Part shown: positions 1 through 8,766 of the stretch, in pieces
Numbering within the stretch: the first letter of the stretch is position 1
Layout: the number at the start of each line of letters is the position of its first letter
From: a virus
Taxonomy: Duplodnaviria > Caudoviricetes
Reading direction: 5' to 3' (one strand)
Length of the DNA: 64,000 nt
Virus record (IMG/VR): IMGVR_UViG_3300037418_002116
The notes under the pieces: model-generated
The model's database searches: none
Seen by the model: the letters and a program-made list of their open reading frames with translations, nothing else
Told to the model about the DNA's origin: nothing
Program-made: the position numbers and the translations under genes

Positions 1-273
1 TTCATCCATTCCTTCCTTTTCGGAAGAAACTGAAACGATCTTTGGATTGAACATCGGCATTATCGATCCGGAATCACGACCGTTGCCGAACACAAACACG
101 GCCCACGGGAGCCCGACTTGATTGGCCGATAGACCATAGCCCTTCATTTCCGAAAGAAGCTGTTTCAGCGTTTCGAATGTCTCTTGGGCATTTTGTGTTT
201 CGAAGTCAAAAGGGATGGTCGGGGTGTACAGGATAGGGTTGTCGGAAGCGACAAGTTCAAGCTTTTCAGTCAC
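1..273 (-). CDS. def: Peptide deformylase, N-terminal part (runs off the window start)
   Basis: Manual translation from GTG at 273: MTEKLELVASDNPILYTPT...GYGLSANQVG...MFNPKIV...EGMDE. This contains PDF motif 1 (GxGLxANQxG). Not in the ORF track. Confidence 0.8.
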   Translation of the reverse strand, partial: MTEKLELVASDNPILYTPTIPFDFETQNAQETFETLKQLLSEMKGYGLSANQVGLPWAVFVFGNGRDSGSIMPMFNPKIVSVSSEKEGMDE

Positions 274-443
274 TCTTTGTATCTTTCAATGGCCCGGATA
301 GCAGCACGGGCTTCGTCTTTGAATTCTTTCCAAAGTTCACATTTTGTAGAATCTTCGGAATCGCAAATCAGGCACAATCGCTTGTTGATAGTTTTGCCAG
401 CCGCAAGGCATATCTCACGGCTGACTGATTCCACTTTCGACAT
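270..443 (-). CDS. Small hypothetical protein (57 aa, Cys-containing)
   Basis: Manual translation MSKVESVSREICLAAG...ERYKE with GAGGA upstream; overlaps its neighbours as in a coupled operon. Confidence 0.5.
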   Translation of the reverse strand: MSKVESVSREICLAAGKTINKRLCLICDSEDSTKCELWKEFKDEARAAIRAIERYKE

Positions 444-1206
444 GACGATATTTTTCCTCGATCCGGAGCGGATTGCTGCGAACCATGCGTGTCCGGATGA
501 CCGGTTTCGTAGGATGATGTTCGAAAGGAATAGTCGCCAATTCGTTAATTGTCAACATCCTTTCTTCCGTAATCCGTGAAATTTCGGTGCCAACTCGGAA
601 ACAGGCAGCATGTTCTTCAAAGAAATCTATGCCAAATGCCTTTATCATCTCCAATTTCTCTCTTGTGTTCTTACCCATGAGTTTGGAGTGGCCAAAGAGG
701 TAATGCGCCGCCGATTGTACAGAATTTTTGAAGGCGTCTTGTTGACGCCAAAGGATCATATTGTTAGCTTCATCCATCGTCGGAACGTTGATGATTCTAC
801 AATCGAACGACGGTATCGTTTTGGGTTCCTCTCCAAAATAAGCACAATATGAAAGGGTAAATTTGGCAGCGCACATAGCGGCCAACACAGAAGCGAGTTT
901 CTGAATTTTACCATCGAACATGAATTGGCTTGGGCCTTCACACGGTTCCCAAATCAATGAAATTTCGTCCGATTGCGTGTACCCGAGTAGAGCCTTGGTT
1001 TCGTAGGCCAGATATTCGGTCGTGTCCTGCATACAAGCAGACATGTCACGGTCGAACGGACGCTTCATTCGTCTGGTAAAGCTGGAAAACGAGCGGCCAT
1101 CCAAACGGGCATAGATCGGGAGAGAGGTATCCAGTTTCTGTTCAGTGAAGACCTTTTCGTAGGTCTTCATGCGGTCACCGAAGTTGTCGTGGTGTTTTGT
1201 ACTCAT
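415..1206 (-). CDS. thg1: Thg1-like tRNA(His) guanylyltransferase / 3'-5' polymerase (TLP)
   Basis: Motifs RMKTYE, RLDGRSF, GYTQSDEISL, FDGKIQKL, FDCR and WRQQDAFKNS are typical of the Thg1 family. Confidence 0.9.
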   Translation of the reverse strand: MSTKHHDNFGDRMKTYEKVFTEQKLDTSLPIYARLDGRSFSSFTRRMKRPFDRDMSACMQDTTEYLAYETKALLGYTQSDEISLIWEPCEGPSQFMFDGKIQKLASVLAAMCAAKFTLSYCAYFGEEPKTIPSFDCRIINVPTMDEANNMILWRQQDAFKNSVQSAAHYLFGHSKLMGKNTREKLEMIKAFGIDFFEEHAACFRVGTEISRITEERMLTINELATIPFEHHPTKPVIRTRMVRSNPLRIEEKYRHVESGISQP

Positions 1207-1405
1207 TACTTACATATTTGTAGAAATTATCGATTTCAGTATTGGAATCGCTTGCTGTTAGAATTAGTTGAGAAACCATGCGGCCTTTGAAATATACATC
1301 TTTAGAAAGGTACACATGAATGAATTCAACGCCGTCGAAGTCAGTACCGATGGTTGTATTCGGAAATGAAGCGGCTTTGACTTTACATTCAACGAATGTC
1401 GGCAT
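1175..1405 (-). CDS. Hypothetical protein
   Basis: ORF track 1175..1438; more likely starts at the ATG overlapping the upstream TGA (MPTFVECK...). Confidence 0.5.
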   Translation of the reverse strand: MPTFVECKVKAASFPNTTIGTDFDGVEFIHVYLSKDVYFKGRMVSQLILTASDSNTEIDNFYKYVSNEYKTPRQLR

Positions 1406-2388
1406 CACGTATATGTTCTTTCCCGTTTTGTTGGCCAAAGAGGATAGTTTACGTGTTTGTAATGGCGGTCATAATAATCATCGCCATAATAAGAATGAGC
1501 ATTCTTCCATTCTTTATGGAACATATCATTGATTTCCTCTTGAGTCAAGCTGAAACTATTCTGTTCATCTTTCGTTTTGTGGAAGAAGTATTTTCTATCA
1601 CCATAGGGAAGTTCTGGCAGAGGTTCCGGATTTGGAGTTATAACAGCTTTATCGCTAAGCTTTCGTGCAAATGAATACACACGATAATTTGGATCGTGTG
1701 TAAACTGTGTTACAAACACCAAATATGGTTTTGCGTTTTGCTCAATAGTATAATATGTTACTCTCGTATCTTTATATCCATAAGAGTAATAGTTTTTCTT
1801 TTGTTTGCCATCCGGGTCGCTGTGATCGATTTGTTCGCAGCTTGCCGAAGAAACATAAAATGTTCCGATGTAGCGACCGCTAACCGCTGGCGACTCAACC
1901 ATATCACCGACTTCCAGTTGCTTACGCTCTACCGGATTAAGGAACTTGACGTATCTTTCATCTGATATAGAGATCAGATGATTGATAGCGCCGATACGGC
2001 CCCAAAGATATTGGCCTTGGAATTCGCCCTTCAAAACATCTTGGGTCTGTAACAATTGTGAGAGATTGTGTGCGGTGATTTCAAGTTGGAAGCCACGGGG
2101 ATCATTGATCCTGAACCATTTGTTCGACGTTTCATATCGAGTGACAGAGTGATCGAACTTGAAGCCGGTAATAGGCGTGTTCTCTATCTGGATTGCCGGA
2201 AGGCGTTTGTCCAGTTCCGGGTTTTTTGCATAATAGTAATCTTGGTTCTTGCCGGACCAATGATCGACTGTCTCTTTGCGCTTCTGTGCGGCGGCATCGG
2301 TTCCGTCCGGAACTGCAAACCCGAGAATATCACCACCATCATTCCTACGACCGACATAGAGTGTTTTAGGAAAATTTGTAATTTCCAT
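1405..2388 (-). CDS. Phage hypothetical protein (DPRGFxLEI type)
   Basis: 327-aa ORF with AAGGA SD; no function recognised. Confidence 0.75.
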   Translation of the reverse strand: MEITNFPKTLYVGRRNDGGDILGFAVPDGTDAAAQKRKETVDHWSGKNQDYYYAKNPELDKRLPAIQIENTPITGFKFDHSVTRYETSNKWFRINDPRGFQLEITAHNLSQLLQTQDVLKGEFQGQYLWGRIGAINHLISISDERYVKFLNPVERKQLEVGDMVESPAVSGRYIGTFYVSSASCEQIDHSDPDGKQKKNYYSYGYKDTRVTYYTIEQNAKPYLVFVTQFTHDPNYRVYSFARKLSDKAVITPNPEPLPELPYGDRKYFFHKTKDEQNSFSLTQEEINDMFHKEWKNAHSYYGDDYYDRHYKHVNYPLWPTKRERTYT

Positions 2389-2405
2389 TATTGTCCTTAG
2401 ACATG

Positions 2406-2430
2406 AAAAAGCAGCCCATGGAAGGGCTGC
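2406..2430 (-). terminator. Rho-independent terminator
   Basis: Minus strand GCAGCCC-TTCCAT-GGGCTGC followed by TTTTT. Confidence 0.75.
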
Positions 2431-2443
2431 ATAAAAAATAAAA

Positions 2444-2542
2444 TAGAAGGAGGATTTAAGTGGGGCGTCCTTACCAGACTAGACGACACCGTTCATAGCG
2501 TTGTGAACAGCGGCAGGATTCGAACCATACGTTTCCCCAGAC
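2444..2542 (-). ncRNA. Circularly permuted tRNA-like RNA (order T-arm, closed acceptor hairpin, D-arm)
   Basis: Minus strand TGGGG-AAAC-GTATGG TTCGAAT CCTGC-CGCTGTTCA CAACGCTA TGAACGGTG-TC-GTCT AGTCTGGTAA GGAC-G-CCCCA, with its own promoter and terminator. Confidence 0.75.
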
Positions 2543-2546
2543 TTTA

Positions 2547-2575
2547 TATATACGACATTTTCAAAGAAATGTCAA
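2547..2575 (-). promoter_or_regulatory. Sigma70-type early promoter
   Basis: TTGACA-17 nt-TATATA on the minus strand. Confidence 0.7.
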
Positions 2576-4288
2576 CTAAAATGTTTCAACGGTTGAAAAA
2601 TTTCCTTTTTTCACCACTTTCATAACCCGGTCGAAATTATCCACCATATTTTCACGATGGGAAATGACTATGATATTCGTTTCCTCGCCCATGGAGCGCA
2701 GGATTTCGAATACGTACTTGATACCATCTTCGTCCAAAGAGGAATCACCAACTTCGTCCAGAATCAGCAAATTGGTAGCCATCGAATTTTTCTTTCGGGC
2801 GATCTGCCTCCAAGCGAAAAGAATAGCCAAATCAATACGTTGCTTTTCACCTTCCGAGAAATTTTCATAAGAGAAATCGTCCCGGTAACGGGATTTGATA
2901 GACTCCTGAAAATTTTCGTCCAGATTGAAGCTCACATAAAAATCCATGGCCGAAAGATACTCATTAATAAGCTCATTCATATAAGGAATATATCGCTGCA
3001 CGATAGCGGTTTTTAGACCGTTGTCTTTCAGCATGAGCGCCGCCACGTTTTCGACTTCCCGCTCATTCATGAGTTTCTGTTTCGTGTTGAAATATTCCGT
3101 TACCAGCTTCCGGGCCTTTTTGAGGTTAGCCTTGGTGGTTTCCTCTTGGGTCGCATCCGAGTCATCAACCAAATCAGATTCGAGCTTGGTGATGAATTTG
3201 TTGTTGATGTGGACAGAGGATTGAAGCTCTGAAATCTTGCGGTTGGTCCGGTCGAGAGCATCGATGACCGCACCCTTTTTTTCAAGGTGTTCCGCAATCT
3301 GAATGAGCTTGGCCTTTTCCAGTTTGATCGTCTCTTCTAGAGGCGTATATGAAGTCGTGTGCGTATGGATTTCTTCGGCCTTAAACGTGCCGTCGATGCT
3401 CTGTTTGCATGTCGGGCAGTGATCGTTCTTTTCATAGAAGGCAACCCGGTTTTTATGCTCCCGCACCTTCTGTTCCATGGTCTGGGTGAACGACTCAATC
3501 GTCTTCTGCTTTTCGATAAGCTTGGCAAATTTGGCCTTCTTATCGTCAAGCGTTTCCTTTTCGGTCAAAAGCGTTTCAATCTGCTTTTGACTTACTTCAT
3601 TTTCTCCAAGCAGCCGGTCAATCTCTGAACGGGCACGATCCTTTCTATCCTGCTTCTGTCTATTGATCGATTCAAGAAAATCTTCATTCATCTTGACTTT
3701 CTCTTGTTCGATCTTCAAGAGCCCTTCGACTTCTTTCAGATGCTCTCGATTTTCCTCTTGCTGTTCCTTGAGCAAGGAATTCATGCGAGAGAATACAGAG
3801 ATATCAAGCAGGTCTTCAATGATTTCACGACGCTGTTGCGCCGTCAAACGCATAAACGGAACATAGTTGTTCGATCCGAGTACGACAATCTGTTTGAAAG
3901 AATTGAAGTTCAGGTTCAGCACATTTTCTTCAATGTACTTCTGATAATCCTTTGACGATGCAGACTGATTTATCAGAGTGCCGTCCATATAGATTTCAAA
4001 CACCGCTGGCTTAATACCACGACGGATCATGTAGGTTTTACCCTTCGTCTCGAATTCAATTTCGACCAAAAGGTTTTTGCCATTGATGGAGTTCACCAAT
4101 TGTGGCTTATTGATTTTGCGAAAGTCCTTTCCGAACAACGCAAACGTCAGCGCCGAAATCATGGTCGATTTACCAGCGCCGTTTTGCCCAATGATGAGTG
4201 TTCTCGGATGTGAACTTAGGTCTATTTCGACGGGATCATTACCCGTTGCTAGAAAATTCTTGTAGAGTAGACGTTTAAAAATTACCAA
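2576..4288 (-). CDS. gp46: Recombination endonuclease ATPase subunit (Rad50/SbcC-like)
   Basis: Walker A GQNGAGKST, CPTC zinc hook, FSEGEKQR signature, LLILDE Walker B. Confidence 0.95.
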   Translation of the reverse strand: MVIFKRLLYKNFLATGNDPVEIDLSSHPRTLIIGQNGAGKSTMISALTFALFGKDFRKINKPQLVNSINGKNLLVEIEFETKGKTYMIRRGIKPAVFEIYMDGTLINQSASSKDYQKYIEENVLNLNFNSFKQIVVLGSNNYVPFMRLTAQQRREIIEDLLDISVFSRMNSLLKEQQEENREHLKEVEGLLKIEQEKVKMNEDFLESINRQKQDRKDRARSEIDRLLGENEVSQKQIETLLTEKETLDDKKAKFAKLIEKQKTIESFTQTMEQKVREHKNRVAFYEKNDHCPTCKQSIDGTFKAEEIHTHTTSYTPLEETIKLEKAKLIQIAEHLEKKGAVIDALDRTNRKISELQSSVHINNKFITKLESDLVDDSDATQEETTKANLKKARKLVTEYFNTKQKLMNEREVENVAALMLKDNGLKTAIVQRYIPYMNELINEYLSAMDFYVSFNLDENFQESIKSRYRDDFSYENFSEGEKQRIDLAILFAWRQIARKKNSMATNLLILDEVGDSSLDEDGIKYVFEILRSMGEETNIIVISHRENMVDNFDRVMKVVKKGNFSTVETF

Positions 4289-4297
4289 ATACTAGTC

Positions 4298-4579
4298 CTA
4301 AGCGTGTTCTTCAATCCATGTCATGTAATAGTTTCGCAATTCGTTGTACAAACCAGCATAATGTTCTGGAAAAGGCATTTCTGGAAATATTCTATGAACG
4401 AGACACAAGACAACCCATGACGGATTATCCATCAATAGTTCATAGATATGTATTCTTGCGTTTTCATCTGTCACAAGAGATTCGAATAGAGGATGGAGTT
4501 TCCAAGTTCTTGGATTTGAGTGGTATTTTACATCCTTATGAATCTTGTCGAGGACAGATTTGTATTCTTCAAATGTCAT
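4298..4579 (-). CDS. Hypothetical protein between gp47 and gp46
   Basis: 93-aa ORF overlapping the gp47 stop. Confidence 0.65.
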   Translation of the reverse strand: MTFEEYKSVLDKIHKDVKYHSNPRTWKLHPLFESLVTDENARIHIYELLMDNPSWVVLCLVHRIFPEMPFPEHYAGLYNELRNYYMTWIEEHA

Positions 4580-5634
4580 AATTCAAGCTCATTTGCTTTT
4601 TGATACAGATTCGTGAACAGACCCAAAAGCTTATCCTTTCGGACGGTCAGCTTTTGATCCGAGTTCTGAATGTATCGGGTAATAAAGGTAAGAGTATCTT
4701 CGATTTCGAAGTTGCCTTCTTCCTGACTGGTTTCAGCCCGGAATAAAGGTTCTTCTACCACTATGACGTTGGCGGCGTTGGTCTTGTTCAGCCTGTCCAG
4801 ATACTTTTCGAAGTTAACTGGATTAGTCTTGTTCTTGACCACAACTTTGATGTAGGAATTGTCGATAACAGATGTATCGAGTTCCTGTTCGCCCATTGAG
4901 TCATCATAGCTCAATTTCTTGAACAGCTTATACGGATTTTCGATAAAGTCAATAGTCAATGTTTCTGTATCGAGAACATGGAAGCCTTTGGCCACGTCGT
5001 GATCGGCCCACGTCATTTCATATGGCGTTCCAAGGTACATGATGCCGTTGGAATACGATTTGAAATGAAAATGGCCAGAGAACACAGACAGATAGGCATC
5101 GAAAATCGAACGGTTCAAGCCATGTTCAGCCGGACGGCCACGCAACATTTCATAACCTTGAATTTCAAGGTGACCCATGATGATTTTGGCATGAGCTTGT
5201 TCGATCATTTCCATGGTGAGCGCCTGATTTTCAGGAGTAATCCATGGAATCATCAGAATTTTTAGATCACCAAACGTTTCATAAGTCGGCTCGGAATAGA
5301 TCGTGAAATTGTAGTCCTTCAAAAGCAGCATTGGCGAATTGACGGCCAACGTATTCCGGAAAAACGAAGAGTGGTTTCCGAGAATGATGCGAAGGTCGAT
5401 GTCCCGCTCTGCGATCTTGTCGAAATACATTTCCCGTGTCATTTGGAGCGTCTGGAAATTGACGTATTTCCGACGATCAAACGTGTCACCAAGATCAATC
5501 ACGGTTTTGATACCGTGATTGTCCAGATATGGAAAAAAGATATCGTCATAGAACTTTTTGTGATAATTCAGAAGCACCAAGGAATCATTGCGGACGCCGA
5601 AGTGCTGGTCTGTGATTAAAGCGATCTTACTCAT
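4576..5634 (-). CDS. gp47: Recombination endonuclease nuclease subunit (Mre11/SbcD-like)
   Basis: Metallophosphoesterase motifs DQHFG, DLGDTFD, GNH and SGHFH. Confidence 0.95.
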   Translation of the reverse strand: MSKIALITDQHFGVRNDSLVLLNYHKKFYDDIFFPYLDNHGIKTVIDLGDTFDRRKYVNFQTLQMTREMYFDKIAERDIDLRIILGNHSSFFRNTLAVNSPMLLLKDYNFTIYSEPTYETFGDLKILMIPWITPENQALTMEMIEQAHAKIIMGHLEIQGYEMLRGRPAEHGLNRSIFDAYLSVFSGHFHFKSYSNGIMYLGTPYEMTWADHDVAKGFHVLDTETLTIDFIENPYKLFKKLSYDDSMGEQELDTSVIDNSYIKVVVKNKTNPVNFEKYLDRLNKTNAANVIVVEEPLFRAETSQEEGNFEIEDTLTFITRYIQNSDQKLTVRKDKLLGLFTNLYQKANELEL

Positions 5635-5815
5635 TCGAGAATGTTTTTTCCCACATGGTAATTTCTTTTGGATATTCAGTCCTCAATTCGTTTATCAGCT
5701 TGAAATATCTCTTTTGTTCTTTACTTCCAATTTTTGTTCTAGCAGCATCATGATGTTTGAAAAGCAAATCGACATAGACCAAACCAATGGCTTGTGATAA
5801 ATTATCATTCATCAT
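5627..5815 (-). CDS. Small hypothetical protein
   Basis: 62-aa ORF coupled between gp55 and gp47. Confidence 0.55.
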   Translation of the reverse strand: MMNDNLSQAIGLVYVDLLFKHHDAARTKIGSKEQKRYFKLINELRTEYPKEITMWEKTFSNE

Positions 5816-6365
5816 CTTTTTTCTTTGTCACCTTCTTTTTCTTCTTCTCTACCGAAGCTTCGAACTTTTCAACGAACAAGTTCATGTTCTCACGGGCACC
5901 ATCAGAATATTTCACCATGCTATTGTTACCGCCTTCCGTGCCGGATTGAGTTTCCGACGTGCCAAGAAAGATTTCAGTATTTTCAATAGATTTGAATTTG
6001 GTGTACAAATACTTCTTCTCTTTCTCGATACGACGCAAAAACGCATACCAAGAAATCTGGGTGAAATAAGAGAATGGAGAGGTTGATTTTTCGGGGTCGA
6101 AGTTGTCAATATATTGGATGCAATTAATGATGGCATCCGAGACAAGTTCATCACGGAAAGGATACTTCTGAAATTGATGTAGGTGAGATAGCTTTTCTGC
6201 AATATCCCACAAGCACTTTCCAATGTAATCATTGACTGGTGGCTTTGGTTTGCCTTGTTCCTTGGCAATCTTGACCGCAGTCGCATATTTCGTCATTTCA
6301 GTGTAAAACTTTTTGTTATCTACATAATGTTCCGCTGTTTCTTTGTTGTTCTTCTTAGATTTCAA
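5805..6365 (-). CDS. gp55: Late sigma factor
   Basis: HYVDNKKF...YPFRDELVSDAI..C.QY..NFDPEKS..PFSYFTQI.WYAFLRRI.KEKK, the T4 gp55 family pattern. Confidence 0.95.
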   Translation of the reverse strand: MKSKKNNKETAEHYVDNKKFYTEMTKYATAVKIAKEQGKPKPPVNDYIGKCLWDIAEKLSHLHQFQKYPFRDELVSDAIINCIQYIDNFDPEKSTSPFSYFTQISWYAFLRRIEKEKKYLYTKFKSIENTEIFLGTSETQSGTEGGNNSMVKYSDGARENMNLFVEKFEASVEKKKKKVTKKKDDE

Positions 6366-6652
6366 TGTAAATGTTTACTCTTCTCTTTCTGTTGTTCCTT
6401 CAATCTATCATGATAATCAGCCAGCAAGTCGTATGCATCGGCGGTTTTGTTTGCGTATAGGGTTCCAAGAATGGCGTTCGGCACAACTTTGAATAAGATG
6501 TCTGTCTTTTCTATTGTCACCATTTGATCGATACCGTAGGGAATAGCCGGTTGAATCGACATTCCCATTTGCTCCCCGGTATCGACAATTATTATATCCA
6601 TAACAGAGGACAGAAGAAGATGTGTTTCATCCTCTGCATCTCTTGTTCCCAT
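6362..6652 (-). CDS. Conserved T4-like hypothetical protein (Sm-like); true start probably upstream of the ATG
   Basis: The frame stays open upstream through ILYIRLKSGETIMG with no ATG/GTG/TTG. Confidence 0.6.
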   Translation of the reverse strand: MGTRDAEDETHLLLSSVMDIIIVDTGEQMGMSIQPAIPYGIDQMVTIEKTDILFKVVPNAILGTLYANKTADAYDLLADYHDRLKEQQKEKSKHLH

Positions 6653-6693
6653 TATGGTTTCGCCACTTTTAAGACGAATATATAGGATTCGTC

Positions 6694-8172
6694 TTAGATT
6701 TTTGTCGGAAGCTTGGCTTTGTATATTTTGTATTTTAAACCTTCCTTGGCATAGATTTTAAGCCGCTTTTCAAGGTGAGTATATGTATGATTCTTACGGT
6801 CGTTATGGCGAAAGTCATCCGCCAAATCGAACAATGTCACATGATCCTTTTCCTGACCACGGCGAAGGCCACGGCCAATGGATTGGAGATTACGAACTTT
6901 TGATTTGCTTGGGAAAGCGAAAATCATATAATCGAGGTTCACAATGTTAATGCCACGACTATACGTTCCATATGAAGCGACGATAATATTGTTTCGTGAC
7001 GCTTCTGTGTCTTCTCTGATTACTTCACGGTCGGCAACCGACACATCCCCGTAAACAAAATGAATATTCTTGTTTTTATCGTTTCTTTCCAGTATTTTAT
7101 CATACAATATTTTGCCATGTTTGTCAACATAATTGTAAAATACAAGAACATTGCCCGGCAAAGATTGTGCCAAGTTTGCAATGAAATTATTGCGTTCTTC
7201 GTTTGCTATAAGGAAAGCTACTTCTGTCTTGTACTCCTTATTTGCCTTCTTTGCGAAGTGTTGACGCACTTCATCTTCATAGCTGAATACAATCACTTTT
7301 AGGGTAAGATCGGAAGAGAACTTGCGATCTATCATTTCCCGTGTGCGGATGAACTGTTTGATCGGGCCGAACAGACCGGTCAATACCAGTTCGTGTAAAT
7401 CGACTTCATCAATCGTACCGGTGAACCCGAGGCGAACGGAGGCGTCCAGAACATCCATGATTTTCCGGATCGAAGCGCCCTTGGCTTCATGGGCTTCGTC
7501 CACCAACACGGCGTCATAGCCTTGAAACCAGCGCTTGGTTTGGTTGATGGCCGATTGCCACGTCGTGATAACGATATCGTTCAGATTGGTTTTCTGGAAA
7601 CCTTCATAGACACGGGAGCATTCATCCTGAACATTCCAGCTATCGTCCAGACTTGAATAATATGCAAAATCCTTGTACATTTGTTCCACCAGAGCTTTCG
7701 ATGGAACAATGAGCATTGTTTTACATTTGAAATATCGTATCAGAGAGTAGATGGCGAGCGACTTGCCGCTGTTCACGGCAGAAAGCGCCAGCATCCGTTT
7801 TTCACGGATTGCGTGTGCGATGGTCGCAAGCTGATAGTCTCGGGCTTCGATGCCTTCCGGCAATTTCAGGGTTTTAAGAAAATCTTCGGCTTCTTTGATC
7901 GAAAACGGTGCGTTCGAATCATCGAAGTGAACATCGCATTGATATCCTCGCTCTTCACAGAATACCTTGACATGGTTCAGGAGCCCGTAATAGAGCGTCT
8001 TGTCCTGAAATTTGTATAATCGAATTTTTCCATCCCAAATCTTCGCTTTGAATTTTGGACTGTGCACCGCATTGGGTGCCATAAACGTGAAAAATTCCCA
8101 AAGTTCTTTCTCTACCGCCGTCGTACTTCTGATTTTTATGTACGTGTTATTGTGATGGTAGACATCTACTAT
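6694..8172 (-). CDS. uvsW: UvsW SF2 helicase (start extended from the track's 8082 to a likely ATA 8172 or ATT 8184)
   Basis: WDGKIRL, RDYQ, VDEAH, GFTGT and LQSIGRGLR motifs; in-frame upstream IVDVYHHNNTYIKI...ELWEFFTF resembles the T4 UvsW N-terminus. Confidence 0.92.
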   Translation of the reverse strand: MVDVYHHNNTYIKIRSTTAVEKELWEFFTFMAPNAVHSPKFKAKIWDGKIRLYKFQDKTLYYGLLNHVKVFCEERGYQCDVHFDDSNAPFSIKEAEDFLKTLKLPEGIEARDYQLATIAHAIREKRMLALSAVNSGKSLAIYSLIRYFKCKTMLIVPSKALVEQMYKDFAYYSSLDDSWNVQDECSRVYEGFQKTNLNDIVITTWQSAINQTKRWFQGYDAVLVDEAHEAKGASIRKIMDVLDASVRLGFTGTIDEVDLHELVLTGLFGPIKQFIRTREMIDRKFSSDLTLKVIVFSYEDEVRQHFAKKANKEYKTEVAFLIANEERNNFIANLAQSLPGNVLVFYNYVDKHGKILYDKILERNDKNKNIHFVYGDVSVADREVIREDTEASRNNIIVASYGTYSRGINIVNLDYMIFAFPSKSKVRNLQSIGRGLRRGQEKDHVTLFDLADDFRHNDRKNHTYTHLEKRLKIYAKEGLKYKIYKAKLPTKI

Positions 8173-8183
8173 AGTATTGATAA

Positions 8184-8627
8184 TTACATTCCTGAATAAT
8201 ATTTTTTCATTTCAATCCAGTTGGCAATATCTTTTGTTCTATTCCAACGGATATAATCAATGACTTCTTTGCAATATAAAACGATATCTTCTTCTTTTTC
8301 TAAACGGTCCATGAGAGACTGATACATGGGATCAGCTTTAGCCATCTTTTCCGCTTGATCTTTCGTTTTCGCAATTAGCGGACTTTTGGCTGTTCTCTTC
8401 AATTCTTCAAGATATATGCCTTGAAGGTAATAACCCTCTAACCAAAACTGGACAGTTTCTTTTTTACGGAGTAGAGAACGATATATGTTTTTATGGGCAT
8501 GAAGATAGTTCAAATATTTTCTGTGAATCATCTGGCCACTGGCAGAGTCTTCAAGCATCCCATTTGGGTCATCATATCTAATGATCGAATCTTTAGCGTA
8601 TTCCGTTTGTATTTCTTCTAGTGTCAA
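8184..8627 (-). CDS. uvsY: UvsY recombination mediator
   Basis: Size, position next to uvsW, and the HRKYL...IxNxIExKKxxSG pattern; TTG start with AGGA SD. Confidence 0.75.
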   Translation of the reverse strand: MTLEEIQTEYAKDSIIRYDDPNGMLEDSASGQMIHRKYLNYLHAHKNIYRSLLRKKETVQFWLEGYYLQGIYLEELKRTAKSPLIAKTKDQAEKMAKADPMYQSLMDRLEKEEDIVLYCKEVIDYIRWNRTKDIANWIEMKKYYSGM

Positions 8628-8651
8628 CAGTATTTCCTATGTTTATATCCA

Positions 8652-8680
8652 AATATACATGAAAAATGAGTACAAGTCAA
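8652..8680 (-). promoter_or_regulatory. Sigma70-type promoter for uvsY-uvsW
   Basis: TTGACT-17-TATATT on the minus strand. Confidence 0.65.
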
Positions 8681-8766
8681 ATCTTGTCAAGTCTTTTCTC
8701 GAAAAAAGATTCATTGCGGAATCAAACACTTAGTTATATTTTGGGTATATTGCAACAAATCGTGAT

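Noticed and set aside
2460-2498. Plus-strand AGGAGG plus GTG mini-ORF (MGRPYQTRRHRS)
   Set aside because: No plus-strand promoter was seen and it is antisense to the permuted RNA; kept only as the alternative explanation for the anti-SD tail.
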